Positions 1 through 10,219 of a DNA stretch of 64,000 nucleotides are shown here, piece by piece. The stretch lies in assembly GCA_015493525.1 (NCBI GenBank), contig WGCY01000020.1, positions 52,604 through 116,603 on the forward strand. Reading direction: 5' to 3'. The stretch comes from Bacteroidales bacterium. Lineage in GTDB: Bacteria; Bacteroidota; Bacteroidia; Bacteroidales; F082. The position numbers and the translations under genes are program-made. The notes beneath the pieces are model-generated. The model saw nothing but the letters and a program-made list of their open reading frames with translations, did not search any database and was not told the DNA's origin. The first letter of the stretch is position 1, and each line of letters starts with the position of its first letter.

Positions 1-570
1 AGTTTGTTTCCCATTGTGCAGGGCAGTACGTTTCGCGATTTGCGCATAAAATCGGCGGAAACCATTGCCTCTTACGGTGCCGATGGCAATGCCATTGGCG
101 GACTTTCTGTGGGCGAACCCCACGAGGTAATGTACGAAATGACAGAATTGGTTTGCGGTATTTTGCCCAAAGAGAAGCCCCGTTATCTGATGGGCGTGGG
201 TACGCCGGAAAACATTCTCGAAAGTATTGCCCTCGGTGTGGATATGTTCGATTGCGTCATGCCTACGCGCAACGGGCGCAACGGCATGCTGTTTACCAAA
301 AATGGTATCATCAACATCAAAAACAAAAAATGGGAAAACGATTTTAGCCCGGTTGACGCGGATGGAACTTCCTTTGTTGACCGTCAATATTCGCGGGCTT
401 ACCTTCGCCATCTGTTTGCTGCCCGTGAATTGCTGGGCGGCATGATTGCCAGTATGCACAACCTCGCATTTTACCTGTGGCTGGTACGTGAAGCCCGCCG
501 GCATATCATCGCCGGAGATTTTAGTGCCTGGAAAGCCATGATGGTACCGAAGGTAAAACAACGGCTTTGA
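1..570 (+). CDS. tgt: tRNA-guanine transglycosylase (queuine tRNA-ribosyltransferase), C-terminal part; the 5' end lies outside the window
   Basis: Frame is open from base 1. Translation carries the Tgt hallmarks GLSVGEP and DMFDCVMPTRNGRNG. Confidence 0.9.
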   Translation, partial: SLFPIVQGSTFRDLRIKSAETIASYGADGNAIGGLSVGEPHEVMYEMTELVCGILPKEKPRYLMGVGTPENILESIALGVDMFDCVMPTRNGRNGMLFTKNGIINIKNKKWENDFSPVDADGTSFVDRQYSRAYLRHLFAARELLGGMIASMHNLAFYLWLVREARRHIIAGDFSAWKAMMVPKVKQRL

Positions 571-693
571 TTTTTATCGAAGAATGGTGTGTACACCGGA
601 AAGTACCAAAATCAATCTTTCAGCTTAAAAAAATGACGTATCTTTCACAAAAAATAACAGCTTAAATAAAAAAACCGGGACGAGCAAGCGGAC

Positions 694-1773
694 ATGAAAA
701 TCATTGATTGGTATATTATTAAAAAATATCTGGGAACTTTTTTCTATTCTATTACCCTGCTGATCCTTGTGGTAATTGTCTTCGATATTTCCGAGAAAAT
801 AGATGCTTTTATCCGTAACAACGCCCCTTTGCATGCCATCATCTTCGATTACTATCTGAATTTTATCCCCTATTTTGTAAATCTGTTTATTTACCTTTTT
901 TCCTTTATTGCTGTGGTGTTTTTCACGTCAAGGCTTGCCGGAAACAGTGAGATTATCGCCATGCTGAGCAGTGGGATTAGTTTTCGCCGGCTGCTGCGGC
1001 CGTACATGATGGTGGCACTTTTGCTCGCTATTTTTTCATTTCTCCTGCGTGGGTTCCTGTTGCCGGTTACCAACCACAACCTGCGGATTTTTATGAACAA
1101 ATATGTTGAGAACCTGACAAAAGACCAGGAACGAAATATTCATGTACAGCTTAGTCCCGGTACATTTGCCTATGTCGAATCGTATAATCTGGAGCGCAGT
1201 ACCGGTTATCGGTTTGCTTTGGAGAAATACAAAGGAGAGCGGTTGGTGTATAAATTGAATTCCCGGAAAATTGTACGCGACACTGTTTTGCACAAATGGG
1301 TTATTTATGATTATCACATCTTTCGTTTTGATACTACCGGAAGCCAACATCTGCAAAGTGGGTTTATGAAAGACACTACGCTTCCCCTTAAGCCCACCGA
1401 CCTTTATAAAATAAAGCAACGTTTTGAGGAGATGAATTATTTTCAGCTCAACCGCTATATCCGGAAAGAAAAAGAACGGGGGTCGCTGTCGTACAAACGT
1501 TATGAAATTGAGAAATACAAGCGTTATGCCGGGCCGGTAGCCATTCTGATTCTCACTTTGCTGGGGGTGGCACTCACCAGCCGGAAAGTGAGGGGAGGCA
1601 TGGGCATGCACCTCGGACTGGGGCTTCTGCTGGCATTTACCTACATTCTGTTGATGCAGGTGTCGGTTGTCTTTTCTACGCAAGGCAACCTGTTGCCCTC
1701 CATCGGCGTGTGGATACCCAATTTTATCTACCTCATTATTGCTTTGTATCTGCTAAAAAAAGCCCCGAAGTAG
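694..1773 (+). CDS. LptF/LptG (YjgP/YjgQ) family permease
   Basis: 359-aa ORF with N-terminal MKIIDWYIIKKYLGTF. Three TM segments, a long soluble loop, then three more TM segments, as in LPS export permeases. Confidence 0.8.
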   Translation: MKIIDWYIIKKYLGTFFYSITLLILVVIVFDISEKIDAFIRNNAPLHAIIFDYYLNFIPYFVNLFIYLFSFIAVVFFTSRLAGNSEIIAMLSSGISFRRLLRPYMMVALLLAIFSFLLRGFLLPVTNHNLRIFMNKYVENLTKDQERNIHVQLSPGTFAYVESYNLERSTGYRFALEKYKGERLVYKLNSRKIVRDTVLHKWVIYDYHIFRFDTTGSQHLQSGFMKDTTLPLKPTDLYKIKQRFEEMNYFQLNRYIRKEKERGSLSYKRYEIEKYKRYAGPVAILILTLLGVALTSRKVRGGMGMHLGLGLLLAFTYILLMQVSVVFSTQGNLLPSIGVWIPNFIYLIIALYLLKKAPK

Positions 1774-1943
1774 GTTTTGTAACTTTACAAAACGACTGTT
1801 TTTGTAAAGTTTGATTTTTTTATTTCAGGTTTCCGCATTGTGATTTTTTTGTGAATTGTCCCGTTTGCGATTTGGGTATTCTTTTCGGTACGAATTTGTA
1901 CATTTGCGCGGTAAATTTTGAATTGCTAAATAAGGAACTGTTT

Positions 1944-3344
1944 ATGGCACAAAAACCATCCATTCCGAAAGGAACACGCGACTTCGGCCCCTTCGAGATG
2001 GGCCGGCGCAACTATATTTTTAACACTATTCGGGGTGTTTTTGAAAAGTACGGCTACCAGCCCATCGAAACACCGGCCATGGAAAACCTGGGTACGTTGC
2101 TCGGAAAATACGGTGAGGAAGGAGACAGGTTGCTGTTTAAAATCCTTAACTCCGGCGATTATCTCTCCAAAGCCAATCCCGAATGGCTGGAGAAAAATGA
2201 TTCGCTGCGGCTGAGCACAAGTATCAGCGAAAAAGGACTGCGTTACGACCTGACGGTTCCTTTTGCCCGTTTTGTGGTGCAGCACCGCAACGACATCACT
2301 TTTCCTTTCAAGAGATACCAAATGCAGCCCGTGTGGCGTGCCGACAGGCCGCAGAAAGGCCGTTACCGCGAGTTTTACCAGTGCGATGTGGATGTCATTG
2401 GCTCCAATGCTTTGCTCAACGAGGTGGATTTAATCCGTATGATTGATGAGGTTTTTCAACGCCTGAACATCCGGGTGGTGATTAAATTAAATAACCGGAA
2501 ACTGCTGAGTGGAATAGCGCAGACCATTGATGCCCCTGAAAAACTTACCGATATAACAGTTGCCATGGACAAGCTGGAAAAAATCGGTGTGGAGAAAGTT
2601 TACGAAGAGCTTTTAAGCAAAGGCCTTTCGCAGGATGCCATCGATCATCTGGAGCCTGTTTTGAACCTTAGCGGCAGCAATATTTCCAAACTGAACTGCC
2701 TGAAAGAGCTGATTGGCGAAACGTCCGATGGTTCCAAAGGGTTGCTGGAGCTGGGTGCCATTCTGCAATATCTCGAACCTTTCGATTTAAAAGCCAAAAT
2801 AGAAATTGACCAGTCGTTGGCGCGCGGGCTGAACTATTATACCGGTGCCATTATTGAAGTAAAAGCAATGGATGCACAGATGGGAAGTATCTGTGGCGGG
2901 GGACGTTACGATAACCTTACCGGAATCTTTGGCTTGCCGGATGTTTCCGGGGTGGGAGTCTCTTTTGGTGCCGACCGTATTTACGACGTACTGACCGAAC
3001 TGAAACTGTTTCCCGAAGATGCGGCTTCACTGACCAACGTGCTGCTGGTGAATTTTGGTGAAAAAGAGGAACGCTACGCCCTCGGCATACTGGAGAAACT
3101 ACAACAGGCAGAGATTGCTTCGGAACTCTATCCCGAACCGGCCAAAATGAAAAAGCAGATGAAATATGCGAACCAAAAACAAATTCCCTACGTACTGTTA
3201 ATTGGAGAAGAAGAGATGAGTACCGGGAAACTCACGCTGAAAAATATGGTTACCGGCGAACAGGAAAAAATGAGTATTAATGAAATTATTAAAAAGATTG
3301 TTTCTGATTCGTCACCGGCAAATCATCGCAATGACGACTTTTAA
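1944..3344 (+). CDS. hisS: histidine--tRNA ligase
   Basis: Class II aaRS motifs [11 protein letters not shown] and GGGRYD. The conserved N-terminus [14 protein letters not shown] starts at ATG 1944; the ORF-track start 1851 is an upstream extension. Confidence 0.93.
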   Translation: MAQKPSIPKGTRDFGPFEMGRRNYIFNTIRGVFEKYGYQPIETPAMENLGTLLGKYGEEGDRLLFKILNSGDYLSKANPEWLEKNDSLRLSTSISEKGLRYDLTVPFARFVVQHRNDITFPFKRYQMQPVWRADRPQKGRYREFYQCDVDVIGSNALLNEVDLIRMIDEVFQRLNIRVVIKLNNRKLLSGIAQTIDAPEKLTDITVAMDKLEKIGVEKVYEELLSKGLSQDAIDHLEPVLNLSGSNISKLNCLKELIGETSDGSKGLLELGAILQYLEPFDLKAKIEIDQSLARGLNYYTGAIIEVKAMDAQMGSICGGGRYDNLTGIFGLPDVSGVGVSFGADRIYDVLTELKLFPEDAASLTNVLLVNFGEKEERYALGILEKLQQAEIASELYPEPAKMKKQMKYANQKQIPYVLLIGEEEMSTGKLTLKNMVTGEQEKMSINEIIKKIVSDSSPANHRNDDF

Positions 3345-3493
3345 TCGTTCCTTTGGCTCATTCGGGTTTGAAACCCGAATGCAAAAGGGCTGAGGAATTT
3401 TTGCAGAAGGCACTCCTACGGAGTAATCCCGAATAGAGCCCCGAAATTTATGGATATTTATCATATAGAAAAACAATATCAAAAGAAGAAAAA

Positions 3494-5014
3494 ATGGACA
3501 ATTTTCATCTTATCAATAATGAAAAACTGACTTTTAAGACGGTTTTTAATATTATGAAAAACGGCGAAAAACTGACTTTGTCAGAAGAGGCGCAACAGCA
3601 AATCGTAAAATGTCGTGATTATCTCGACAAACGAATGGCCACGGATGACTCACCCATTTACGGCATCAATACCGGTTTTGGTGCCCTCTACAATAAAAGT
3701 ATTTCGTTTGAAGACCTGGGAAAACTTCAGGAAAACCTGGTTATGTCGCATGCCAGCGGAACAGGGGAGGAGGTGCCAACGGAAGTGGTGAAACTTATGC
3801 TGTTGCTGAAAATACAATCCTTGTCGTATGGCCATTCCGGTGTGCAACTGGTTACCGTTCAGCGGCTCATCGACTTCTTCAACGAAGGTGTTTTCCCGGT
3901 GGTTTATCAGCTGGGTTCGCTGGGGGCTTCCGGTGACTTGGCCCCGCTGGCGCATATGTCGCTTCCGTTGCTTGGGAAAGGGGAGGTTTATTACAAAGGT
4001 GAAAAACGCCCGGCCGGAGAGGTGCTGAAAGAGAAAAACTGGGAGCCTGTCCTGCTGCAATCCAAAGAGGGACTGGCCTTGCTCAACGGAACCCAGTTTA
4101 TGAGTGCTTTTGGAATTTATACCGTATTAAAGCTCTTTCGGCTTTCCGATATGGCCGACATTATCGGTGCCCTTTCGCTGGATGCCTTTGATGGCCGCAT
4201 AGAACCTTTTTATGAAGGGTTGCATACCCTTCGGCATCATCTCGGACAAATACAGACTGCTGCCCGTTTCCGTGAAATATTGGATGGCAGTGAGATTATC
4301 AGACAACACAAAGAACACGTGCAGGATCCCTATTCGTTCCGCTGTATTCCACAGGTACATGGTGCTACGAAAGATGCCATAAACCATGTGGCTTCGGTAT
4401 TCTCGGAAGAGATGAACGCCGTTACGGACAATCCCACCATTTTCCCCGATGAGGATGTCATTGTTTCGGGTGGAAACTTCCACGGGCAACCGCTGGCACT
4501 GGCATTGGATTACCTCGCCATTGCTGCTGCCGAAATCGGAAATATCTCGGAAAGAAGAACTTACCAGCTGATTGGCGGCAAGCGCGGACTGCCTTCTTTT
4601 TTGGTGGCCAACCCCGGGCTGAATTCCGGATTTATGATTCCGCAATACACCGCGGCTTCCATCGTCAGCCAGAACAAACAACTTTGTACCCCGGCTTCGG
4701 TTGATTCCATTGTCTCTTCGCAGGGACAGGAAGACCATGTGAGCATGGGGGCCAATGCCGCCACCAAAGTTTACCGCGTGATGATGAACCTGAGGCGTAT
4801 CCTGGCCATTGAGCTGTTTAATGCTGCCCAGGCACTGGAGTTTCGCCGTCCTTTGAAAACTTCGCCTTATCTCGAAGAATTTCTGGAAAAATACAGGAAA
4901 TTAGTGCCATTTGTTGAGCATGACAAGATTATGCACGACGAAATCGAAAAATCCATTGCCTTTTTGCAAGAGGTGGAATATGCGTTGCCCGAGGCACTGA
5001 TTCCGGGGATTTAG
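3494..5014 (+). CDS. hutH: histidine ammonia-lyase
   Basis: 506 aa with the MIO-forming GASGDLAPLAH motif. The LVMSHASG Ser-His selectivity pair is typical of histidases rather than Tyr/Phe ammonia-lyases. Confidence 0.88.
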   Translation: MDNFHLINNEKLTFKTVFNIMKNGEKLTLSEEAQQQIVKCRDYLDKRMATDDSPIYGINTGFGALYNKSISFEDLGKLQENLVMSHASGTGEEVPTEVVKLMLLLKIQSLSYGHSGVQLVTVQRLIDFFNEGVFPVVYQLGSLGASGDLAPLAHMSLPLLGKGEVYYKGEKRPAGEVLKEKNWEPVLLQSKEGLALLNGTQFMSAFGIYTVLKLFRLSDMADIIGALSLDAFDGRIEPFYEGLHTLRHHLGQIQTAARFREILDGSEIIRQHKEHVQDPYSFRCIPQVHGATKDAINHVASVFSEEMNAVTDNPTIFPDEDVIVSGGNFHGQPLALALDYLAIAAAEIGNISERRTYQLIGGKRGLPSFLVANPGLNSGFMIPQYTAASIVSQNKQLCTPASVDSIVSSQGQEDHVSMGANAATKVYRVMMNLRRILAIELFNAAQALEFRRPLKTSPYLEEFLEKYRKLVPFVEHDKIMHDEIEKSIAFLQEVEYALPEALIPGI

Positions 5015-5074
5015 GCCACCGATATTATTTAAAAGTTTGGCCACAAATTCACGAATGAAATTTAGTTTCTTCGG

Positions 5075-5410
5075 TTAATTCTCAAAAATCATCCGGTAGG
5101 GGCGTTCTATTTCCGAAGCCAGTTGCGGGATGGAGATGTACTTGCTTTCGCGGCGATATTCCCGCCCATCGAAAAACAGGATAAGTGTCGGGTTGGAAAA
5201 AACGTTGTATTGTGAAGGCAGTTCGGGAAATTTTTCCGAGTTTACAAAAGCCAGGTTGATGTTTGGAAAATTCTCTTCCACCAGCTTAATGACTTTCGGG
5301 CGCAAACTAAGACATGGGGCACAATGGTCGCTATAGAAATAAACCATGCTGGCCATGCCCTCATTGACATGGGCTTCCAATTGTTCCTGTGTTTGCAATT
5401 CGTTTTTCAT
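5075..5410 (-). CDS. thioredoxin family protein
   Basis: 111 aa with a CAPC redox motif in a thioredoxin-fold context (FYSDHCAPCLSLRP). Confidence 0.8.
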   Translation of the reverse strand: MKNELQTQEQLEAHVNEGMASMVYFYSDHCAPCLSLRPKVIKLVEENFPNINLAFVNSEKFPELPSQYNVFSNPTLILFFDGREYRRESKYISIPQLASEIERPYRMIFEN

Positions 5411-5529
5411 TTGTTGCCATTTTTTAAAATGGCTGCAAAAATACTATTTCCGGTATATCCCGCAAATGTTTTCTGCCTTATTTCTTTATTTTTCCTAATT
5501 TCGCAGCCCGGTTAAAAAATGAAAGCGTT

Positions 5530-5955
5530 ATGGAGCAGGAAAATAAGAAACCCCAGCTGTTGAAGGTGCTGTTGATACTGACTTTTATTGGCAGCGGGCT
5601 TACCCTGTTCTCCAATCTTTTTCTTTTCGGATTTTTTGATCAAATCAAAGCCATGCTGGCTACGCAGGGCTCCAGCTACTCATTTATGGGAAGCATCATG
5701 GATTTGGCCCCTTTTTTTCAAATAAGCCCCGCTTTTTATCTCATTCAGGGGTTGTTGTCGGGATTGGCACTTACCGGTGCCATTTTTATGTGGGATTTGC
5801 GAAAGATAGGTTTTCACTTTTATACGCTGGCACAGATTTGCCTGTTGATAGTTCCCAAGCTCTTTATCCGGAACCTCCCTTTTCCCGGAATGGAACTGCT
5901 GATTAGCTTTCTGTTCGTGTATCTTTATTACAAATTTTTAAAGATAATGGTTTGA
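5530..5955 (+). CDS. hypothetical 4-TM membrane protein
   Basis: 141-aa ORF with four hydrophobic segments. Its stop overlaps the next start (ATGA-type coupling). Confidence 0.5.
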   Translation: MEQENKKPQLLKVLLILTFIGSGLTLFSNLFLFGFFDQIKAMLATQGSSYSFMGSIMDLAPFFQISPAFYLIQGLLSGLALTGAIFMWDLRKIGFHFYTLAQICLLIVPKLFIRNLPFPGMELLISFLFVYLYYKFLKIMV

Positions 5956-6383
5956 TAATGAACCCTGTTTCTGACATAAAACAAGCCGGTAAAAGGAAGT
6001 CTCCTGCTATTATCTGGTTATTCTTTTACCGCTGGTCTGCTTTGCTGGTGTTGCTGTATGGCCTGTTGGGTTTTTTGTTTTATTTTTTTCTTCTTACAGG
6101 CGGTCATGCAGGGGCAACAACAAGCTTATCATACCGTGCGTTGCCAAAAAACGTGCTGTGGGACTGGTTACTTGTCTTTGCCGTTTTACATCTTGCTGTT
6201 TTTGCCGGTGGTTTATTGTTGCTCTTATATAATAAGGTATGGGGTTTCATTCTTTTTATTATTGCCATGCCCTCCATTCTTCTTGCCAATGCCGTTATTA
6301 ACCATGAAATCAATTTTACCTCCTGGGGAATTTTGGCAATTTTGGGTTTTTTCCTCTGGAAAGGACTTAACTGTAAAGGGTAA
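5952..6383 (+). CDS. hypothetical 4-TM membrane protein (possible paralog of the preceding gene)
   Basis: 143-aa ORF with the same topology. A similar W-x-x-RK/K-x-GF turn precedes TM3, and it is translationally coupled to 5530-5955. Confidence 0.5.
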   Translation: MIMNPVSDIKQAGKRKSPAIIWLFFYRWSALLVLLYGLLGFLFYFFLLTGGHAGATTSLSYRALPKNVLWDWLLVFAVLHLAVFAGGLLLLLYNKVWGFILFIIAMPSILLANAVINHEINFTSWGILAILGFFLWKGLNCKG

Positions 6384-6872
6384 ATAAAAAAATAATTTTT
6401 CTTATATCAGCTTTAAAATATTGTATTACAGTTACTTGTAATTCATATTCATTAAATTTATGTATTTGTTAATAATTGTTAAAGAATTCTTTTATATATT
6501 TGGTAGTTCTTAACGAGAAGAAAATATCAGATTTTAAAAATTTTATTAACCAAAATTTATCATTATGAGAAAAATTACTTTGATGTTTGCGTTGCATATA
6601 AGAGTTATTTCTGCCGGATATACTTAGTAAATACCTCTTTCAACCATATACCGGAAAAGTTTTACGGGCTGCTTTTGTGCTTTTTTTGAGAAGCGTTTTC
6701 GGAGATGTCCTTTTTTTAACATTTGCAAAACATTAATGAAAGGGCATAATATACTGAAAAACAGTAATAAACAATGCTAATTTAGAAAGATTATAAAAAA
6801 ATAACATTTTTTATGAGTTTTGAGAGAAAGTTCTAATTTTACACTTTAAATTTTTAACAAAAAATTATCGTT

Positions 6873-9800
6873 ATGAGAAAAATTACAATGATGCTTACGT
6901 TTTTGTTATTTGTGGGGCTCAATTTTGCCTTCGCTCAAACAAAAACGATTAGCGGTACGGTAACCAGTGCGGATGATGGCGCAGCCCTCCCCGGTGTTAC
7001 TGTTCAGGTAAAAGGTACCACAAATGGTACTGTTACAGATGCTAATGGAAAATATTCCTTAAATGTGGGCAACAGTGCCAAAACACTGGTCTTTTCATTT
7101 GTTGGAATGAAGTCACAGGAAATTGCCATTGATGGCAAAACAACCATTAATGTGGTTATGGCCAGCCAGGCTGTCGCTATGAATGAGGTTGTGGTAACTG
7201 CCCTCGGTATTTCCCGTGCAAAAAAATCGCTGGGTTATTCGGTGCAGGATGTAAAAGGTGCTGCTCTCTCCAGAGTACCGAAAGACAATGTGCTGAACGC
7301 ACTGGCCGGTCGTGTTTCCGGTGTACAGGTTACAGCCAGCAGTGGGGCCGTTGGTGCTTCCACACGTATTACCATTCGTGGTAACAGTTCTTTCAGGAGC
7401 AACAACCAGCCGCTGTTTGTGGTGGATGGCGTTCCGGTAAGTAACGCTACTTCAGGTGCTTCCCAGTGGGGTGGCCAGGACTTTGGTAATGCCATTGCCG
7501 ACATTGATCCGCAGAACATCAAATCGATGACTGTTCTGAAAGGTGCCAGTGCCGCTGCCCTTTATGGCAGCCGTGCCCTGAACGGTGTTATCCTGATTAC
7601 TACCAAACAGGGTAATGCCAAACAAAAAGGTATTGGAATTACTTATGATTTCAGTATCGGTTTTAGCAATATTTACATCCTTCCCGACTACCAGAACAAA
7701 TATGGCCAGGGATATATGGGTAGTGAATATTGGTACAAACATGGTTTCCAGAACTGGGTTATCTCTAACTATGGCTTTGACCCCGGTGACATGACCAAAC
7801 AGTACACTTATGCTGAATATGCCACAGGCGGTCCGTGGGGAATTCCCGGATTTACTTATTATGATGGTGCTTGGGGCGGCGTTATGGACGGTATGGACGA
7901 ATCCTGGGGCCCTCGTTTGGACATAGGCCTGAAAATTCCCCAGTTCGACAGCCCTTATACGCTTGATGCCAATGGTAATCCTGTATATGAGGCTACCCCT
8001 TGGGTTTCACAGCCAAATAACGTCAGGGATTTTTTTGTAACCGGTGTTCATCAAACGCACCATGTGGCCTTGACGGGTGGTAATGAAAAAGCCTACGGGC
8101 GTATTGCTTACACCTATGATGATGTAACCGGAACTGTTCCTAATACTGGTGAGATAAAACATAACTTTAATGTCAGTGGCCATATTCAGTTGGCAAAAAA
8201 ACTGAGTGCCGATGCTAACGTTACTTATGTGAACAACCACAGCGACAACCTTCCCGGTCAGGGCTACGATGTGAACAATGTTATGCAGTCCCTCGGTTCT
8301 TGGTTTGGCCGTCAGGTGAACATGCAGCATCTGAAAGAACATTGGAACGAGTTGAATCCCTGGGGAAATCCTTATAACTGGAACTCTTCCTATCACAACA
8401 ATCCATACTGGACAGTGTATAATAATACTACTTCTAGAGTTAGAAATCGTGTGTTTGGTAATGTTGCCGTTAAATGGGATATCCTGAACTGGATGAACCT
8501 GAATTTCCGTGCCGGTACCGATTTTTATCAGGAACGCAGGAAACATGTGGAACACAATCAGTCACAGGATTATCCTAATGGCTATTTTTGGCAAAGCAAA
8601 CGTTTCAATCAGGAAAATAACCTTGACCTGTTCTTGAATATTGACAAAAACCTTTCTAAAACTATACGCTTAACAGCCATGGTTGGAGGTAACTTTCGTC
8701 AGAATTTATATAATGGGACCAGCATGACGGCCAATGAATTGGGTGTGCCCAATTTATTTGACATTAGTAATGCAAAAGGTGTTCCGGTTGCTTCTATGTT
8801 CACGAGCAAACATGAAACAAATAGTATATATGCTCAAGCTGATTTGAGTATTAAAGATTACTTGTTTATTGGGGCTACTGCCCGTAACGACTGGAGTTCC
8901 ACACTTCCCAGTGGCGAATGGAGCTATTTTTATCCTTCTGTTAATATTGGCTGGGTTTTCACTAATAATTTCAAAACTCACAGTAAAGGTTTTACCTTTG
9001 GTAAAATTCGTGCCAGCTATGCTATTGTGGGGGGTGATGCCAGTCCTTATTCTTTAAGCAATGTTTATTTGGCTTCAGCCAGTAATTTTGATGGTATTGT
9101 TCAATATTCCTACAATCGTACATTGGCCGACTCCACATTAAAACCGGAAAGAAAATATTCGTGGGAATTGGGTGCCAACTTAAAGTTTTTAAGCAACAGA
9201 TTGGGACTTGATTTTACTTATTATAACTCAAAGACGAAGAACCAAATTATGGCTATTCAGATTCCGACTTCTTCCGGTTTCGGACATCGTTGGATTAATG
9301 CTGGACAGATTTCTAATAAAGGTATTGAAATTACATTTTATGCTGATATCTTTAAGAAAGCCGACGGTTTTAACTGGCGGGTTACTTTGAACTGGGCCAA
9401 AAACAATAATATGGTTGATAAACTTTATGGAGACCTTCAGTCCCTTCAGATTGGGAGTTCCTGGAATGGTCTTTCTGTTCAGGCCCGTCCGGGTGAAGAG
9501 TATGGTGTAATTCGAGGTTTGGGTTATGTGGTTGATTCTGCTACAGGAGCCTATGTTGTTGACGACAGCGGATTGCCTGAAACTACGCAAGGCAATAAGA
9601 ACCTTGGTAGTGTTACCCCTGACTGGACCGGTGGTATTGCCAATGATTTTAGTTACAAAGGTATCAACCTGCATGTCCTGATTGATGGGCGTAAAGGTGG
9701 TGATTTGTTTAGTGTAACAAAAATGTTCGGTTTGTATTCAGGTTTGCTGAAACAGACTGCCCAGGGCAACATTCGTGAGACAGGTGTTGTGGCCGGATTT

Positions 9801-10202
9801 AACGCCTTACAACAATATCATTTTGTTCACGAAGACGGTTCAGCCTTGAATACCAACCTTGATGATGCCAACAATACGGATATTGTTGATGCCCAAAGTT
9901 TTTACGAAAACTTCTATGGCCTGAAACAGGAAAGTATCATTGATGGTTCTTTTATTAAACTGAGAGAAATTTCACTTGGTTATACTTTCCCCAAATCTAT
10001 TTTGGGCAACCAGCATGTTGTTCAGTCCCTCAGTCTTTCGTTCTATGTACACAACGTGGCACTGCTTTATGTGGATAAATCGAATGATGTAAAGATTGAT
10101 CCGGAAACAGGTTATGGTAATGGAAACAGCGGAGTAGGTTTTGAACAATACCAGTTGCCTCCTTCACGTACTATGGGTTTTAAACTATCCGTTAAGTTCT
10201 AA
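6873..10202 (+). CDS. SusC/RagA family TonB-dependent outer membrane receptor
   Basis: 1109 aa with a signal peptide and a carboxypeptidase-regulatory-like domain (TISGTVTSADDGAALPGVTVQVKGT). It has a plug region and a C-terminal aromatic residue (KLSVKF), and is followed by a SusD-like gene. Confidence 0.93.
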   Translation: MRKITMMLTFLLFVGLNFAFAQTKTISGTVTSADDGAALPGVTVQVKGTTNGTVTDANGKYSLNVGNSAKTLVFSFVGMKSQEIAIDGKTTINVVMASQAVAMNEVVVTALGISRAKKSLGYSVQDVKGAALSRVPKDNVLNALAGRVSGVQVTASSGAVGASTRITIRGNSSFRSNNQPLFVVDGVPVSNATSGASQWGGQDFGNAIADIDPQNIKSMTVLKGASAAALYGSRALNGVILITTKQGNAKQKGIGITYDFSIGFSNIYILPDYQNKYGQGYMGSEYWYKHGFQNWVISNYGFDPGDMTKQYTYAEYATGGPWGIPGFTYYDGAWGGVMDGMDESWGPRLDIGLKIPQFDSPYTLDANGNPVYEATPWVSQPNNVRDFFVTGVHQTHHVALTGGNEKAYGRIAYTYDDVTGTVPNTGEIKHNFNVSGHIQLAKKLSADANVTYVNNHSDNLPGQGYDVNNVMQSLGSWFGRQVNMQHLKEHWNELNPWGNPYNWNSSYHNNPYWTVYNNTTSRVRNRVFGNVAVKWDILNWMNLNFRAGTDFYQERRKHVEHNQSQDYPNGYFWQSKRFNQENNLDLFLNIDKNLSKTIRLTAMVGGNFRQNLYNGTSMTANELGVPNLFDISNAKGVPVASMFTSKHETNSIYAQADLSIKDYLFIGATARNDWSSTLPSGEWSYFYPSVNIGWVFTNNFKTHSKGFTFGKIRASYAIVGGDASPYSLSNVYLASASNFDGIVQYSYNRTLADSTLKPERKYSWELGANLKFLSNRLGLDFTYYNSKTKNQIMAIQIPTSSGFGHRWINAGQISNKGIEITFYADIFKKADGFNWRVTLNWAKNNNMVDKLYGDLQSLQIGSSWNGLSVQARPGEEYGVIRGLGYVVDSATGAYVVDDSGLPETTQGNKNLGSVTPDWTGGIANDFSYKGINLHVLIDGRKGGDLFSVTKMFGLYSGLLKQTAQGNIRETGVVAGFNALQQYHFVHEDGSALNTNLDDANNTDIVDAQSFYENFYGLKQESIIDGSFIKLREISLGYTFPKSILGNQHVVQSLSLSFYVHNVALLYVDKSNDVKIDPETGYGNGNSGVGFEQYQLPPSRTMGFKLSVKF

Positions 10203-10219
10203 TTTGAAAAAATAAAGCT

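Noticed and set aside
1851-1943. N-terminal extensions given by the ORF track (hisS from 1851, GH31 from 52113, kinase to 61034)
   Set aside because: The conserved N-termini or signal peptide begin at the internal ATGs 1944, 52230 and 60932. The extensions encode non-conserved, Cys/Leu-rich peptides and overlap promoter-like AT-rich DNA.
3360-3450. Hairpin cluster after hisS (ATTCGGGTTT-G-AAACCCGAAT, GCAAAA...TTTTGC, further CCCGAAT words), considered as a riboswitch or leader for hutH
   Set aside because: No resemblance to a riboswitch class I can recognise and no terminator/antiterminator alternative is evident. It is more likely a 3' structure of hisS or another small repeat, and is not strong enough to annotate.
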